Assembly (NCBI RefSeq): GCF_000012805.1
Contig: NC_007484.1
Span: 3,000,001-3,032,000, forward strand
Length of the DNA: 32,000 bases
Source: Nitrosococcus oceani ATCC 19707
GTDB taxonomy: Bacteria; Pseudomonadota; Gammaproteobacteria; Nitrosococcales; Nitrosococcaceae
Reading direction: 5' to 3'
The notes beneath the pieces were generated by a model. It saw nothing but the letters and a program-made list of their open reading frames with translations. It did no database searches and was not told the DNA's origin. Shown piece after piece: positions 7,599 to 17,505 of this stretch (its first letter is position 1; each line of letters starts with the position of its first letter). A program made the position numbers and the translations under genes.

Positions 7599-8423
7599 TC
7601 ATGATAGCTTGCAGCTAAGGCGCCTATGTTCAAGGGTTGGAAAATTACGACGTGTACTGCGTAGGCGCTCGGGATCCAGCTCAGCGGTGATCACACCAGA
7701 GCCACGGGGCAAGCGCGCCAAGATAACCCCCCATGGGTCAATAATCATACTGTCGCCATGGGTGGTGCGCCCACTAGCATGAAAACCTCCCTGACCTGCG
7801 GCCACCACGTAGCATAGATTTTCAATAGCTCGGGCCCGCACAAGGGGCTCCCAGTGCGCCTTACCCGTAAGTGCGGTAAAAGCCGATGGCAAAACTAGAA
7901 TCTCCATGCCCCGCTCTACCAGGCAGCGAAATAACTCTGGGAAACGTAAATCGTAGCAGACGGCAAGCCCCAACTTTCCAAAAGGAGTATCAGCAACAAC
8001 CACATCCTGTCCGGATTCGATGGTCAGAGACTCACAATATCTTTCCTCTCCGCCGGGCAGAGAAACATCAAACAGGTGGAGCTTATCGTAGCGTGCCACC
8101 ACTCGGCCATCAGCATCAAAGAGCAGACATGCAGCCCGAACCTTACCCGATTCAGAGGCTTGCAAAGGAACGGTACCGCCTACTAACCAAACTTTATGCC
8201 TAATAGCTTGCTGCGACAGGAAGCCCTGCAGAGGTCCATTCCCCTCCTCTTCAACGATACTCAGTAAGGCGCCCTCCTTCTCTCCCATAAGAGCAAAATT
8301 TTCAGGCAGTATCACTAGCTTTGCTCCTTTAGCAGCCGCTTGGGCGATAAGCCGTTCCGCCTCTAGCAGGTTGGCTCCAACGTTCGGCCCTGATGCCATT
8401 TGAATCGCCGCGACAACGCTCAC
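7599..8423 (-). CDS. Carbon-nitrogen hydrolase (nitrilase superfamily, Nit/omega-amidase-like)
   Basis: GTG start with AGGAGAG upstream. The Glu-Lys-Cys triad context is present: 'LVILPENF', 'YDKLHLF', 'LAVCYDLRFPE'. It lies downstream of yhdP, as in other gammaproteobacteria. Confidence 0.85.
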   Translation of the reverse strand: MSVVAAIQMASGPNVGANLLEAERLIAQAAAKGAKLVILPENFALMGEKEGALLSIVEEEGNGPLQGFLSQQAIRHKVWLVGGTVPLQASESGKVRAACLLFDADGRVVARYDKLHLFDVSLPGGEERYCESLTIESGQDVVVADTPFGKLGLAVCYDLRFPELFRCLVERGMEILVLPSAFTALTGKAHWEPLVRARAIENLCYVVAAGQGGFHASGRTTHGDSMIIDPWGVILARLPRGSGVITAELDPERLRSTRRNFPTLEHRRLSCKLS

Positions 8424-8546
8424 AGATACTCTCCTATTTTCTATGTTTATTCAGATACAGATAAAATATATATGATCATGGGGCAAGCCCCGCCCCTGAT
8501 GTTTCCATTCCAATTGATCTTAAATGCTTTCACAATCTTACTTTTA

Positions 8547-11500
8547 TTACTCGCGTTCTTTAGAGGAAAAAAAGTTCTTTGCACGGGTTACGACCGGCTT
8601 TTTCCAGGGTCCAGAAATCGCGTAATAATAAGTTAGCAGCTGCTCCATCCCAGTATTGAATATTTTACCCGCTAATTCATCAGCTAACATAATGGCGGTA
8701 CCTACACCCAGGCCCACCGGCCCACCCGCCATCGCCCCGGCTAAAGGTAAACTTGAAGATACCTGAGGGGTCACCGCTATTATCTGGTCATAATCTTGCG
8801 TTGCTAAACCAATCCTACCGCTCGCTTGGACTCGAGCGGTAGGACCCTCTATAACCAAGTCCTTGGAATAAGCATTTCCTTCGCGGATGGAGAAAGCGCC
8901 TTTAACACGATCAAACGCAAAGCCCTTACCAAAAATATCACTGAAATCTAGCGCCAACCGCCGCGGAAGCGTTGTAATGCTGAGCAGCCCAAACAGCCGT
9001 CCTGCCCCAGGTTCCACATCTAATAGGCGACCTTTATCCATGGTTAATCGCATACTGCCCTCTAGCCGTTCTAAGGAAAATAAAGTGGGCGGACCAGGCC
9101 AGCCCACGATGAGCTCCATCTCTGTCTCTCCGCCAAGAACATTAGCTTGGTGACCCGCCTCAGTCAGCAATTGACTTAGACTCGGGCTATAAGCCTTGAT
9201 ATCCACATGAGACCATTGAGTTTCCCCCCGTATCGTCCAATCCCCGTTGGCTTCAAGCTGCAGGGTCGGCGATACAATTTCTAACTCTTCTAAACGAAAA
9301 CCATCAGCATGGGGACTGGCGTATACCTTAACGACACCCAAATCATAACCCTTGTAGCGGCACTGACGGCATATTAAATCAAATGCGGGCCATGTCTGGG
9401 GATTAACCGATGACAAGCTGCTATCAGAGGCTATCGAGTGCAGATGCAAATGCTCTAGATCAACAGCCAAGGGCTCCTCTGAACCCTCTCCAGGTATCCT
9501 TATCCACCCTGTCAGAGAAGGCCCAGTCACTTGGGCTTGCCAGCGGGAAGGCATCCGGTTTGCCTCTATCATAACATCCTCAAAATACCCCCCAAACAGT
9601 TCCATCTGATCAACTTGCAAGGCAATATGATTGAGTCGCAGCAATTGGCTAGAATCTCCCTGGCCAGCCCTTTTAAGGGTTTCCCACCAGGCACCTATCG
9701 AGAGTTTAGGCAGGGCGCCCGCAAGCCAAACTCCTGGCCTGGACAGTACTGGTGGATCGCTATTATTTCCAACCCGTACTTCTCCTCTTAGCAAACGGGA
9801 CGACGTCCCTCTTCCCGTCATCTCAAATACCCCCTGCAACCAATCTCCATAAACAAGGGTAACTTGTTTTTTATCTCTATCGGTGCCACGAAATTCCCAC
9901 AATAGCTTCCGCCTCTGCTCGGCTGGCTTTGCTAGCGGCGGTGGTAAGGCCACTTTAACCCCCTTCAGCCCGGAGTTAACGCGAACTATAGTAACCTTAT
10001 CTTCATCTGGCCTAGCTTTTTTAAAGGTAACATCGGCGATAAAATCGGCGGCCCCATGGACCCAGGTTGACAGGGAAGGGAACCATTTCTCCGCAAGTTG
10101 CCGCGCCTCCAAATGGCCCTCGAGACTTAGCTGAACCTCCGTCCCCCCCCGCTGGCGAGGTAAACTGAGGAGCTCGACCTTGATAGGCCGCTCTAGCAAC
10201 CGGGCCACCAAATTTTCCGATTTAAGCCCCGCCGGAGTAAAGTGCAAGCTACCCTCAATAGCAGCAAGTTCTAAAAAGGGATTATTCTGCTGGCGTAAAT
10301 AAGCATTGGTAAAAATCAGCTCTCCTTCCACCTTCGGCCGTTTTTTCTTGTTTCCTAGGAGCATTGCCAGATTCAGCTTCAGATCCGTGTCACCTGTAAC
10401 TTCTATCCCTTCAAGAAACTCTCCATATTTTTTCCGCAGGGGACTTCCCTGAATAAAACGCCAAGCATCCTCTGCCCCTCCTTGAGCACGAACAGTAATA
10501 GTTAGCGGGACTATCGCAGCACCAAGATCGGTTATTTGGACCGTGGCTTCCGCCACTCGGGCACTAAACATCTGGCCCTCATTCGCATGGATAGTCATAT
10601 ACTGACCATCACTATGAAGATGGGCGGCAACCCGCTCCAGTACTGGCCATCCTCGAGCGTAATTCAGCTTAGCCCCACGAATATCCAGCTCCACGGTCAA
10701 CTGACTCCCATCCCGAGAGGAGGGAAAATGACTCCAAGGCCCTTGGAAAACGAGACTGCCTTCCGCTGCCCCTCCCTGGGGAAAGGCTTGCTTCAACCAC
10801 CGTACTAGGCCAGGTTTCATAGCGGGCGAAGGGAGATACTGAGGTAAGGCGGCAAGGTCTATTTTTGTAAGCATTAAAGATAAATCCAGGTGGGGAGTAT
10901 CAACCTTTGACGAAGCCTCCAGTCGCAACCCGCCCCTCAAAGCCAGATCCTGGTTCTGTAATTTAATATCGTCAACACGAACCTGCCAATCCTTCCCCTT
11001 CCGCACCCAGGAAAGTCTCCCTCCAAGTGCATCCACAGCGACCGGCTTCTCCAAATAGCCGCTCAAAATCTGGGCATTACGGCTGTTGATCCGCACCTGT
11101 CCGCCCCTATTCATTAACTGCAATTCGAAGGATAAACCTTGGTAGCCTGGCCAGTGCCGCCAAGGCCGGGTTCCAAATTGCGCCGCGGTAGCAGAAAATT
11201 TCCAGCTCATTGCCTCTTCCCCCCCAAGCGGTAAAACTGCCTTGATATTCCGCAGCTCCCCCACCGGTTTCGTTTTTGCGAGAAAGAGACGTAATTGAGG
11301 ATCTAACTGATTGCTGAATTGTAAGAGAGGGACAACGTCCTGCAACTGAAGAAATGTCAACCGGCCTTGTAGTTTAGAGACCGGTTCTCTTTCCATTTTC
11401 ACTTGTAGCGCCGTGGCTGGCCATGCCCTCTCGTCTCGAATCACCACCAATCGCGGTACCTTCAGGGACCATCCCTGCGCCAATGGATGATAATAGGCAG

Positions 11501-12413
11501 TGCCGGCTAATCGTTGGAAAGAGATTGAGCCAGGAGCCTCCGCTGTTTGGGTATTACCGGTAATTTTCAGGTTCTCCCAATCAAACTTGGCCAGAACCTG
11601 ATGCAAGGCAGCCTTTCCCCAGCGCAGCCCTAATTCCAAATCACCCCTGCCATGGATGAAATGCAGTCCAGCAAGAAAGTCAGAGGCTTGCCAAGAAGCC
11701 AACCGCAAGCCTTCCCCTTTTAAATAGAGAACCCCCTGGCTCCTTGGATCTCGAATTCCCCCACCGGTAAATTTTGCTTTGACAGCAATCTCGCTGCCAA
11801 ATTTTTCTGCTAAGGTTGCCTTCCCCTCAACCCAATGAAAATCTTCCTCATTTCTTAGCTGTAATTCTCTCACCTGTAACTCTAGGGGCTTCCTTTCCAA
11901 AACGGGATCAAGCCAACGGATTGCCATATCCACTAGCGTCAACTGGGTGAGATTAAGCACCCACGCTGGCAAACGGGGCGGATGGGGACAAGGGGATTCA
12001 AGGTCTTGCAAGCCATAAACGCGAATACAGCCTGCTGGCTTCCGTTCAACCGTTAGCTCTCCGCCAATAATGGTCAGATGCCGCAGCATCCACTCCCCTT
12101 CAGCGGACGTACGAGAAGGCGCTGCGTCGAGGTAAATTTCCCTGAAACTCAGCAACTGCCGCTCGGTTTGGGGATCTATAATTCGTACCCCAGTCAAGTG
12201 TAACCTAGGTTCTCCCCCCCGCCAGCTTAACGCTATCTCACTAACCTGCACCTCCCGGCCAAGAGCCGTGCTAAGCCAACGGGAAATAGTAGCCGGCTCA
12301 TCCTCCACCACTGTCCATAGAGTCCATAAAGCCCCAAAAATGAGCACAATGCAGCACGCCAATATTCCCAAGGACAGATAAAAGTAGCGAGGAAGAAGGC
12401 GAATAAAGGCCAT
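8547..12413 (-). CDS. yhdP: YhdP/AsmA2-family large envelope-spanning protein (putative phospholipid transporter)
   Basis: About 1288 aa with a single N-terminal TM helix ('LSLGILACCIVLIFGALWTLW') and a long beta-rich body. It sits immediately downstream of maf-rng, as E. coli yhdP does. The start is taken as the ATG at 12413; the ORF-track TTG at 12422 and a GTG at 12419 are alternatives. Confidence 0.85.
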   Translation of the reverse strand: MAFIRLLPRYFYLSLGILACCIVLIFGALWTLWTVVEDEPATISRWLSTALGREVQVSEIALSWRGGEPRLHLTGVRIIDPQTERQLLSFREIYLDAAPSRTSAEGEWMLRHLTIIGGELTVERKPAGCIRVYGLQDLESPCPHPPRLPAWVLNLTQLTLVDMAIRWLDPVLERKPLELQVRELQLRNEEDFHWVEGKATLAEKFGSEIAVKAKFTGGGIRDPRSQGVLYLKGEGLRLASWQASDFLAGLHFIHGRGDLELGLRWGKAALHQVLAKFDWENLKITGNTQTAEAPGSISFQRLAGTAYYHPLAQGWSLKVPRLVVIRDERAWPATALQVKMEREPVSKLQGRLTFLQLQDVVPLLQFSNQLDPQLRLFLAKTKPVGELRNIKAVLPLGGEEAMSWKFSATAAQFGTRPWRHWPGYQGLSFELQLMNRGGQVRINSRNAQILSGYLEKPVAVDALGGRLSWVRKGKDWQVRVDDIKLQNQDLALRGGLRLEASSKVDTPHLDLSLMLTKIDLAALPQYLPSPAMKPGLVRWLKQAFPQGGAAEGSLVFQGPWSHFPSSRDGSQLTVELDIRGAKLNYARGWPVLERVAAHLHSDGQYMTIHANEGQMFSARVAEATVQITDLGAAIVPLTITVRAQGGAEDAWRFIQGSPLRKKYGEFLEGIEVTGDTDLKLNLAMLLGNKKKRPKVEGELIFTNAYLRQQNNPFLELAAIEGSLHFTPAGLKSENLVARLLERPIKVELLSLPRQRGGTEVQLSLEGHLEARQLAEKWFPSLSTWVHGAADFIADVTFKKARPDEDKVTIVRVNSGLKGVKVALPPPLAKPAEQRRKLLWEFRGTDRDKKQVTLVYGDWLQGVFEMTGRGTSSRLLRGEVRVGNNSDPPVLSRPGVWLAGALPKLSIGAWWETLKRAGQGDSSQLLRLNHIALQVDQMELFGGYFEDVMIEANRMPSRWQAQVTGPSLTGWIRIPGEGSEEPLAVDLEHLHLHSIASDSSLSSVNPQTWPAFDLICRQCRYKGYDLGVVKVYASPHADGFRLEELEIVSPTLQLEANGDWTIRGETQWSHVDIKAYSPSLSQLLTEAGHQANVLGGETEMELIVGWPGPPTLFSLERLEGSMRLTMDKGRLLDVEPGAGRLFGLLSITTLPRRLALDFSDIFGKGFAFDRVKGAFSIREGNAYSKDLVIEGPTARVQASGRIGLATQDYDQIIAVTPQVSSSLPLAGAMAGGPVGLGVGTAIMLADELAGKIFNTGMEQLLTYYYAISGPWKKPVVTRAKNFFSSKERE

Positions 12414-12436
12414 AAACACCAACCTTATATGGCCTG

Positions 12437-13909
12437 TTACATCATCACAACATCGAATTGCTCGCGCATATAAAGCAATTCTGTCTGGAATTTCAAAGGC
12501 TTGCCAATAAAGGACTCTAACTCGGCAACACTGGCGGATTCTTCATCCATTAAGCGATCCACCACTTCCTGCGCCGCAATCACTAAGTACTGACTCGCTT
12601 CGAATTGGCGAGCCTCCCGTAAAATCTCGCGTAGAATTTCATAGCATACGGTTTCTACCGTTTTGACGGTCGCTCGGCCACTACAGGCGGGGCAAGGTTC
12701 ACAAAGAATTTGTTCCAGACTCTCACGGGTACGCTTGCGGGTCATTTCCACCAACCCTAGAGAAGAGACCTCACTAATATGAGTCTTGGCATGGTCTTTC
12801 TCCAACCCCTTTTCTAAGGCCCGCAATACCTGCCGTTTGTGCTCTTCTTCCTCCATATCGATAAAATCAATGATGATGATACCACCAAGGTTACGCAATC
12901 TTAGCTGCCTGCAAATAGCCTGCGCCGCCTCCAGGTTTGTTTTAAAAATAGTCTCTTCCAGATTGCGATGGCCCACAAATGCTCCCGTGTTAACGTCAAT
13001 GGTAGCCATTGCCTCTGTTTGATCAATAATCAGATAACCCCCAGATTTGAGCTGTACCTTACGGCCCAGGGATTTTTGAATTTCATCCTCAATACCGTAG
13101 AGATCAAAGATCGGCCGTTCTCCTTGATAACACTCCAAGGTGGTCAAAAGATCAGGGATGAAACGCTCGGCAAAATCAACCAATTTATGATAGGTTTCTC
13201 GGGAATCAACGCGAACCCGCTCTACCCGCTCATGTACGAAATCCCGCATCGTCCGCATCACCAAAGAGAGATCTTTGTGAACGACACTGCCGGCTTTAAC
13301 GGTTTGGCTGCGCTCCTTAATAGTACGCCAGAGCTTATGGAGAAACTCCATGTCAGTGCATAGATCTTCTTCGACGGCGCCTTCCGCTACCGTGCGAATG
13401 ATATACCCCCCACAGTTATCTTCGAGTAATACCGATGCCAGCAAACTTTTAAGCCGCTGGCGTTCCTCCGCGTCTTCTATTTTCAACGAAACCCCGGTAC
13501 CTGACATCTCTGGCATATAAACCAAATAACGGGAGGCAATGGAAATTTGGGTCGTCAGGCGCGCCCCTTTGGTTCCGATGGGGTCTTTAATGACTTGCAC
13601 CAGCACCTCCTGCCCCTCTGAGAGTAGCGAAGTGATGGATGGAACCCCCGCCTCGCTTTCCAAATCTCCCATCTGGCCCGGCGGCAGCCTAATATCGGAA
13701 GCATGGAGAAAGGCAGCCCGTTCTAGGCCAATATTCACGAAGGCAGCTTGCATGCCGGGCAAAATCCGGTTTACCTGCCCTTTATAGATATTACCCACCC
13801 ACCCCCGGCGACTGCTCCGCTCAATATACAACTCCTGCACCACGCCATTTTCAACGACGGCGACTCGGGTCTCACTGGGCGTGACATTGATGAGGATCTC
13901 CTCACTCAT
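12437..13909 (-). CDS. rng: Ribonuclease G
   Basis: 490 aa. The N-terminal S1 domain is 'GNIYKGQVNRILPGMQAAFVNIG', followed by an RNase E/G catalytic core ('IIIDFIDM', 'ISEVSSLGLVEMTRKR'). The size and maf-rng-yhdP synteny indicate RNase G rather than RNase E. Confidence 0.93.
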   Translation of the reverse strand: MSEEILINVTPSETRVAVVENGVVQELYIERSSRRGWVGNIYKGQVNRILPGMQAAFVNIGLERAAFLHASDIRLPPGQMGDLESEAGVPSITSLLSEGQEVLVQVIKDPIGTKGARLTTQISIASRYLVYMPEMSGTGVSLKIEDAEERQRLKSLLASVLLEDNCGGYIIRTVAEGAVEEDLCTDMEFLHKLWRTIKERSQTVKAGSVVHKDLSLVMRTMRDFVHERVERVRVDSRETYHKLVDFAERFIPDLLTTLECYQGERPIFDLYGIEDEIQKSLGRKVQLKSGGYLIIDQTEAMATIDVNTGAFVGHRNLEETIFKTNLEAAQAICRQLRLRNLGGIIIIDFIDMEEEEHKRQVLRALEKGLEKDHAKTHISEVSSLGLVEMTRKRTRESLEQILCEPCPACSGRATVKTVETVCYEILREILREARQFEASQYLVIAAQEVVDRLMDEESASVAELESFIGKPLKFQTELLYMREQFDVVMM

Positions 13910-13912
13910 GAT

Positions 13913-14524
13913 CTATTTTTTCCTTTCTTGAAGATTCCCCAGCAGTTCTCCCGTCTCGTACAGAGGCAGGCCCATGACTCCAGAATAACTGCCTTCAAGG
14001 CGAGAGATAAACAGTGCCGCCCAGCCTTGTATAGCGTAAGCCCCAGCTTTATCGAGCCCTTCACCGGAAGCAAGATAAGCCTCGCATTCGTCCTTTGTAA
14101 GCCGTTTGAAAGTTACGGTACTAACGCTTAACCGGTACTGCGCTTCATCGCCATTGGTTAAGGCCACAGCTGTCAACACCTGATGACTACGGCCCGAGAG
14201 CCGCGTTAGCATGACCCCCGCCTGAGCGCGATCCGCAGGTTTACCCAGAATTTCATTCTCTACCACTACTGCCGTATCGGCACCCAAAACGGGCAGCCGT
14301 CCCCGGGGCGGCTGCTGCCCCCAACCCGCTCTGGCTTTCGCCAAAGCTAAACGATACACATAGCTAGTAGGCCGTTCCGCCGGCTGAGGACTCTCATCTA
14401 CCTTAATATCAAGGCGCTTAAACTCAACCCCAATCTGGGCTAATAGCGCTTGACGGCGTGGTGAAGTAGAGGCAAGCGCAATAGGGGGAAATAGGCCACG
14501 CACGATCTTTATAATTCCTTTCAA
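13913..14524 (-). CDS. maf: Maf-family nucleoside-triphosphate pyrophosphatase
   Basis: Motifs seen: '[12 protein letters not shown]', 'GADTAVV', 'GKP', 'AGAYAIQG'. The stop lies 3 nt before the rng ATG. The start is uncertain: the ORF-track start at 14524 is TTG, and an in-frame GTG at 14503 is an alternative. Confidence 0.88.
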
Positions 14525-14621
14525 AATGTGCTCTATTAAAATAGGCTAATTGGGCCTAATCATGGATAAAGGGGTATTAAGCCCCTCATTAGGAAAAATT
14601 CACGCTGAACAAATATCAGGA

Positions 14622-15095
14622 TTAGCTGGCCCGATGGTAGGGGTGACGGTTAAGTAAACTGAAAGCCCGATAAATTTGTTCTGCCAAAATCACACGCACC
14701 AATCCATGGGGTAGGGTAAGAGAAGACAGGGACCATAACCCCGTAGCCTGCTCTAGGCAAAGGGGAGCCAACCCATCTGGCCCACCAATTAATAAGACCA
14801 CATCCTGGCCTTCATTCATCCATATTTGTAAACGCCTGGCTACTTCTTCGGTGCTCCAGGATTGCCCACGCTCATCGCAAGCAATCACCTTGCTGTTAGG
14901 CGGAACAGCGGCTAACAAACGGCGGCACTCATCTTGCCGCCACTGGGTAGGATGCCCGCTTTTACCACGCCGGGCAGGGGCAATTTCCACCAAACTAAGG
15001 GAACACTGCCGCGGTAGGCGCTGGGCATACTCCTGATAGCCTTCTCCAATCCAACGGGGCAAACGCTGCCCCACAGCGATAACGTAGATATTCAT
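14622..15095 (-). CDS. rlmH: 23S rRNA (pseudouridine1915-N3)-methyltransferase RlmH
   Basis: 157 aa SPOUT-family protein starting 'MNIYVIAVG', with 'LLIGGPDGL', 'LSLSSLTLPH' and 'RVILAEQIYRA'. It lies downstream of rsfS, as in most bacteria. Confidence 0.92.
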   Translation of the reverse strand: MNIYVIAVGQRLPRWIGEGYQEYAQRLPRQCSLSLVEIAPARRGKSGHPTQWRQDECRRLLAAVPPNSKVIACDERGQSWSTEEVARRLQIWMNEGQDVVLLIGGPDGLAPLCLEQATGLWSLSSLTLPHGLVRVILAEQIYRAFSLLNRHPYHRAS

Positions 15096-15101
15096 TTTTG
15101 C

Positions 15102-15449
15102 CTACTGCTCTTTAACTCCCTGAGCGGAAGGAATATTCCAAAGCTTCTCTAGATTATAAAAGGCCCGTACCTGAGGTAACATAATATGGGCGACCACGTC
15201 CCCCATATCCACCAATACCCATTCTCCATAGGACTCGCCCTCCACGCCTAAAGTTCGATACCCTGCCGCTTCACATCTTTCGATAACTTCATTGGCTAAA
15301 GCCTTCACTTGGCGATTAGAAGTCCCACTGGCAATCACCATGTAATCAGCTACCGTGGTAAGTTTCCGCACGTCTAAAACCTGGATATCATGCCCCTTTA
15401 ACGCTTCTAGGGCGCTCACCACGAATTCTTTAAGTTCTACAGTTGACAT
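15102..15449 (-). CDS. rsfS: Ribosome silencing factor RsfS (iojap/YbeB)
   Basis: The start was moved to the ATG at 15449 (115 aa, 'MSTVELKEFV...'), which overlaps the nadD stop as TAATG. The family motif 'DYMVIASGTSNRQVKALANEV' and 'WVLVDMGDVVAHIM' are present. Confidence 0.9.
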   Translation of the reverse strand: MSTVELKEFVVSALEALKGHDIQVLDVRKLTTVADYMVIASGTSNRQVKALANEVIERCEAAGYRTLGVEGESYGEWVLVDMGDVVAHIMLPQVRAFYNLEKLWNIPSAQGVKEQ

Positions 15450-16150
15450 TATTTCTCCGGTGTAGAAAGAGAAGGGAGATATAAACATTCTTTTTGGATA
15501 TAGTTCCAAACGACACTAGGTAGAAGGTAACGGGCGCTCCCTCCGGCTTCAACTAAAGTCCGGATACGGGTGGCGGATATCTCCAAGGGAGTGACTTCCA
15601 GAGGCAAAATAAAACCCATGGGCTGTTGCATCAATTGGGCCGGGTCGTGGATACGCCGCGCCTCAAAAAAATCTCCTAGTTCATCTCCTCGAGGAAGCAA
15701 CCCGCCTGGACGCCTCATCACCAGCAAATGGGCTAATTCGATAAGTTCCGTCCACCGGTGCCATTTAGGGAGTCCCTGAAAAGCATCGGTCCCCATTATC
15801 AAGCATAAGGGTACATTTCCCTGCTCTGCGCGTAGCGAGGCCAGAGTATCAACCATATAGGAAGGGCCAGTCCGGGCCAACTCCCGCTCATCGACCCTAA
15901 ATCGGGACTCTCCAGCAATGGCAAGCCGCAACATCGCTAAACGTTGCTCTGGGTTGGCTACTGGTAATTGGCGGTGAGGAGGATGCCGGCAAGGGATGAA
16001 CCGTACCTCCGCTAAGGAAAGCTGCTCAAGCAGATCCAACGCAGGGCGCAAATGACCGAAATGGACCGGATCAAAAGTACCACCGAAAATCCCTATTGGG
16101 GCCGCAGAACAATTAGATTGAGCAGCAAGCGCTCGTGAATGCAAAGTCAA
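15449..16150 (-). CDS. nadD: Nicotinate-nucleotide adenylyltransferase NadD
   Basis: Contains 'GIFGGTFDPVHFGH' (the (H/T)xGH motif) and 'ISATRIR' (the ISxTxxR motif). Only TTG codons (16150 or 16144) are available as in-frame starts upstream of the nucleotide-binding motif. Confidence 0.9.
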   Translation of the reverse strand: MTLHSRALAAQSNCSAAPIGIFGGTFDPVHFGHLRPALDLLEQLSLAEVRFIPCRHPPHRQLPVANPEQRLAMLRLAIAGESRFRVDERELARTGPSYMVDTLASLRAEQGNVPLCLIMGTDAFQGLPKWHRWTELIELAHLLVMRRPGGLLPRGDELGDFFEARRIHDPAQLMQQPMGFILPLEVTPLEISATRIRTLVEAGGSARYLLPSVVWNYIQKECLYLPSLSTPEK

Positions 16151-16156
16151 AAAATA

Positions 16157-17413
16157 TTATTCCCTGATATGCCCATTCCCTAATACGATCCACTTCTGTG
16201 AGGTTAATCCCTCCAGACCTACTGGCCCACGGGCATGGAGCTTATCGGTAGAAATTCCAATTTCAGCGCCTAGGCCGTACTCAAAACCATCGGCAAAACG
16301 GGTCGAGGCATTCACCATTACCGAGCTGGAATCTACTTCGGTAAGGAAACGCCGCGCCCGAGTAAAATCTTCAGTCACAATTGTTTCGGTATGGTGGGAG
16401 CCATAGTGAGTAATGTGCTCAATCGCCTCATCAAGGCCCGCCACTATCCGAATAGCAAGGAGCGGGGCTAGATATTCAGTGTACCAGTCTTCTTCAGTCG
16501 CGGGCTCGATATGGGGTAATAAACCTTGAGTTTCCGGACAACCGCGCAGTTCCACCCCAGCACTACAATAATGCTCCCCCATCATTGGCAATATCTCAGC
16601 GGCAATCTCGCGGGCTACCAACAAAGTCTCCATGGCATTGCAAACCCCATAACGTTGACATTTTGCATTAACTGCAATCGCCACCGCCTTGTCCAGATCG
16701 GCCCGGTCATCAATATAAACATGGCAAATCCCATCCAGATGCTTAATGACAGGAATCTTTGCCTCCTGGCTAATCCGCTCAATCAGACTCCTACCCCCCC
16801 GGGGAATAATCACATCCACATGCTCTTCCTGAGTAATCAACGCCCCGACCGCCAAACGGTCGGTAGTTTCAACCACTTGCACTGCCTCCTGTGGCAATCC
16901 CGCCTGCTCCAGTCCCTGGTGGATGCAACAGGCAATGGCTTGATTAGAATGAAAAGCTTCGGAACCACCACGAAGGATAACCGCATTACCCGATTTTAAG
17001 CATAAACCGGCAGCATCCGCAGTGACATTAGGGCGGGATTCATAGATGATTCCAATCACGCCAAGGGGAACTCGCATTCGCCCTACCTGAATACCCGAAG
17101 GCCGATAGCTGAGCTCACTAATCGCGCCCACGGGGTCCGGCAGGGACGCAATCTGACGTAGCCCCTCGGCCATTACGGCAATTCTTGCCTCTGTTAACGT
17201 CAGCCGATCCAGCAAAGCCTCGTCCAGTCCTTTGCTCCTCCCCGCGGCTAAGTCCTTATGATTGGCCTCGACTAAAGCTTGGCTTTCCTTCTCTATAAAA
17301 GAGGCTGCCATCTCCAAGGCTTGGTTTTTTTCCTCCGCGCCGGCCCGCGCCAATACTCGGCTTACTTTACGAGCCCGACAGCCAAGGTTCTGCATATAAT
17401 CTTTAATATCCAT
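16157..17413 (-). CDS. proA: Gamma-glutamyl phosphate reductase ProA
   Basis: 418 aa aldehyde-dehydrogenase-fold protein. Motifs seen: 'IYESRPNVT', '[10 protein letters not shown]', and the catalytic Cys context '[11 protein letters not shown]'. Confidence 0.95.
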   Translation of the reverse strand: MDIKDYMQNLGCRARKVSRVLARAGAEEKNQALEMAASFIEKESQALVEANHKDLAAGRSKGLDEALLDRLTLTEARIAVMAEGLRQIASLPDPVGAISELSYRPSGIQVGRMRVPLGVIGIIYESRPNVTADAAGLCLKSGNAVILRGGSEAFHSNQAIACCIHQGLEQAGLPQEAVQVVETTDRLAVGALITQEEHVDVIIPRGGRSLIERISQEAKIPVIKHLDGICHVYIDDRADLDKAVAIAVNAKCQRYGVCNAMETLLVAREIAAEILPMMGEHYCSAGVELRGCPETQGLLPHIEPATEEDWYTEYLAPLLAIRIVAGLDEAIEHITHYGSHHTETIVTEDFTRARRFLTEVDSSSVMVNASTRFADGFEYGLGAEIGISTDKLHARGPVGLEGLTSQKWIVLGNGHIRE

Positions 17414-17505
17414 ACTTACTCTAACAGCGTCTTAATAAATAATATCTCTATATCATTAAGGAGGCGCTTGGCATACCGAGTTGATATCCCCTCTCTAGCC
17501 GGAGC

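Noticed and set aside
10143-10150. C8 homopolymer (G8 on the coding strand) inside yhdP, considered as a slipped-strand phase-variation tract; similar C7 runs occur at 12214-12220 and 16794-16800
   Set aside because: One or two 8-nt homopolymers are expected by chance in 32 kb. It encodes an ordinary Gly-Gly within an essential-type envelope gene, and there is no contingency-locus context.
8887-10808. Multiple 70-90 aa + strand ORFs inside yhdP. Similar antisense ORFs lie inside leuS (19614..21536), ilvA (22058..22935), proA (16526..16999), rng (12786..13787), comEC and lolD
   Set aside because: All lie fully inside long, well-supported genes on the opposite strand. They are Arg/Ser/Pro-rich and lack RBSs. 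They are typical shadow ORFs.
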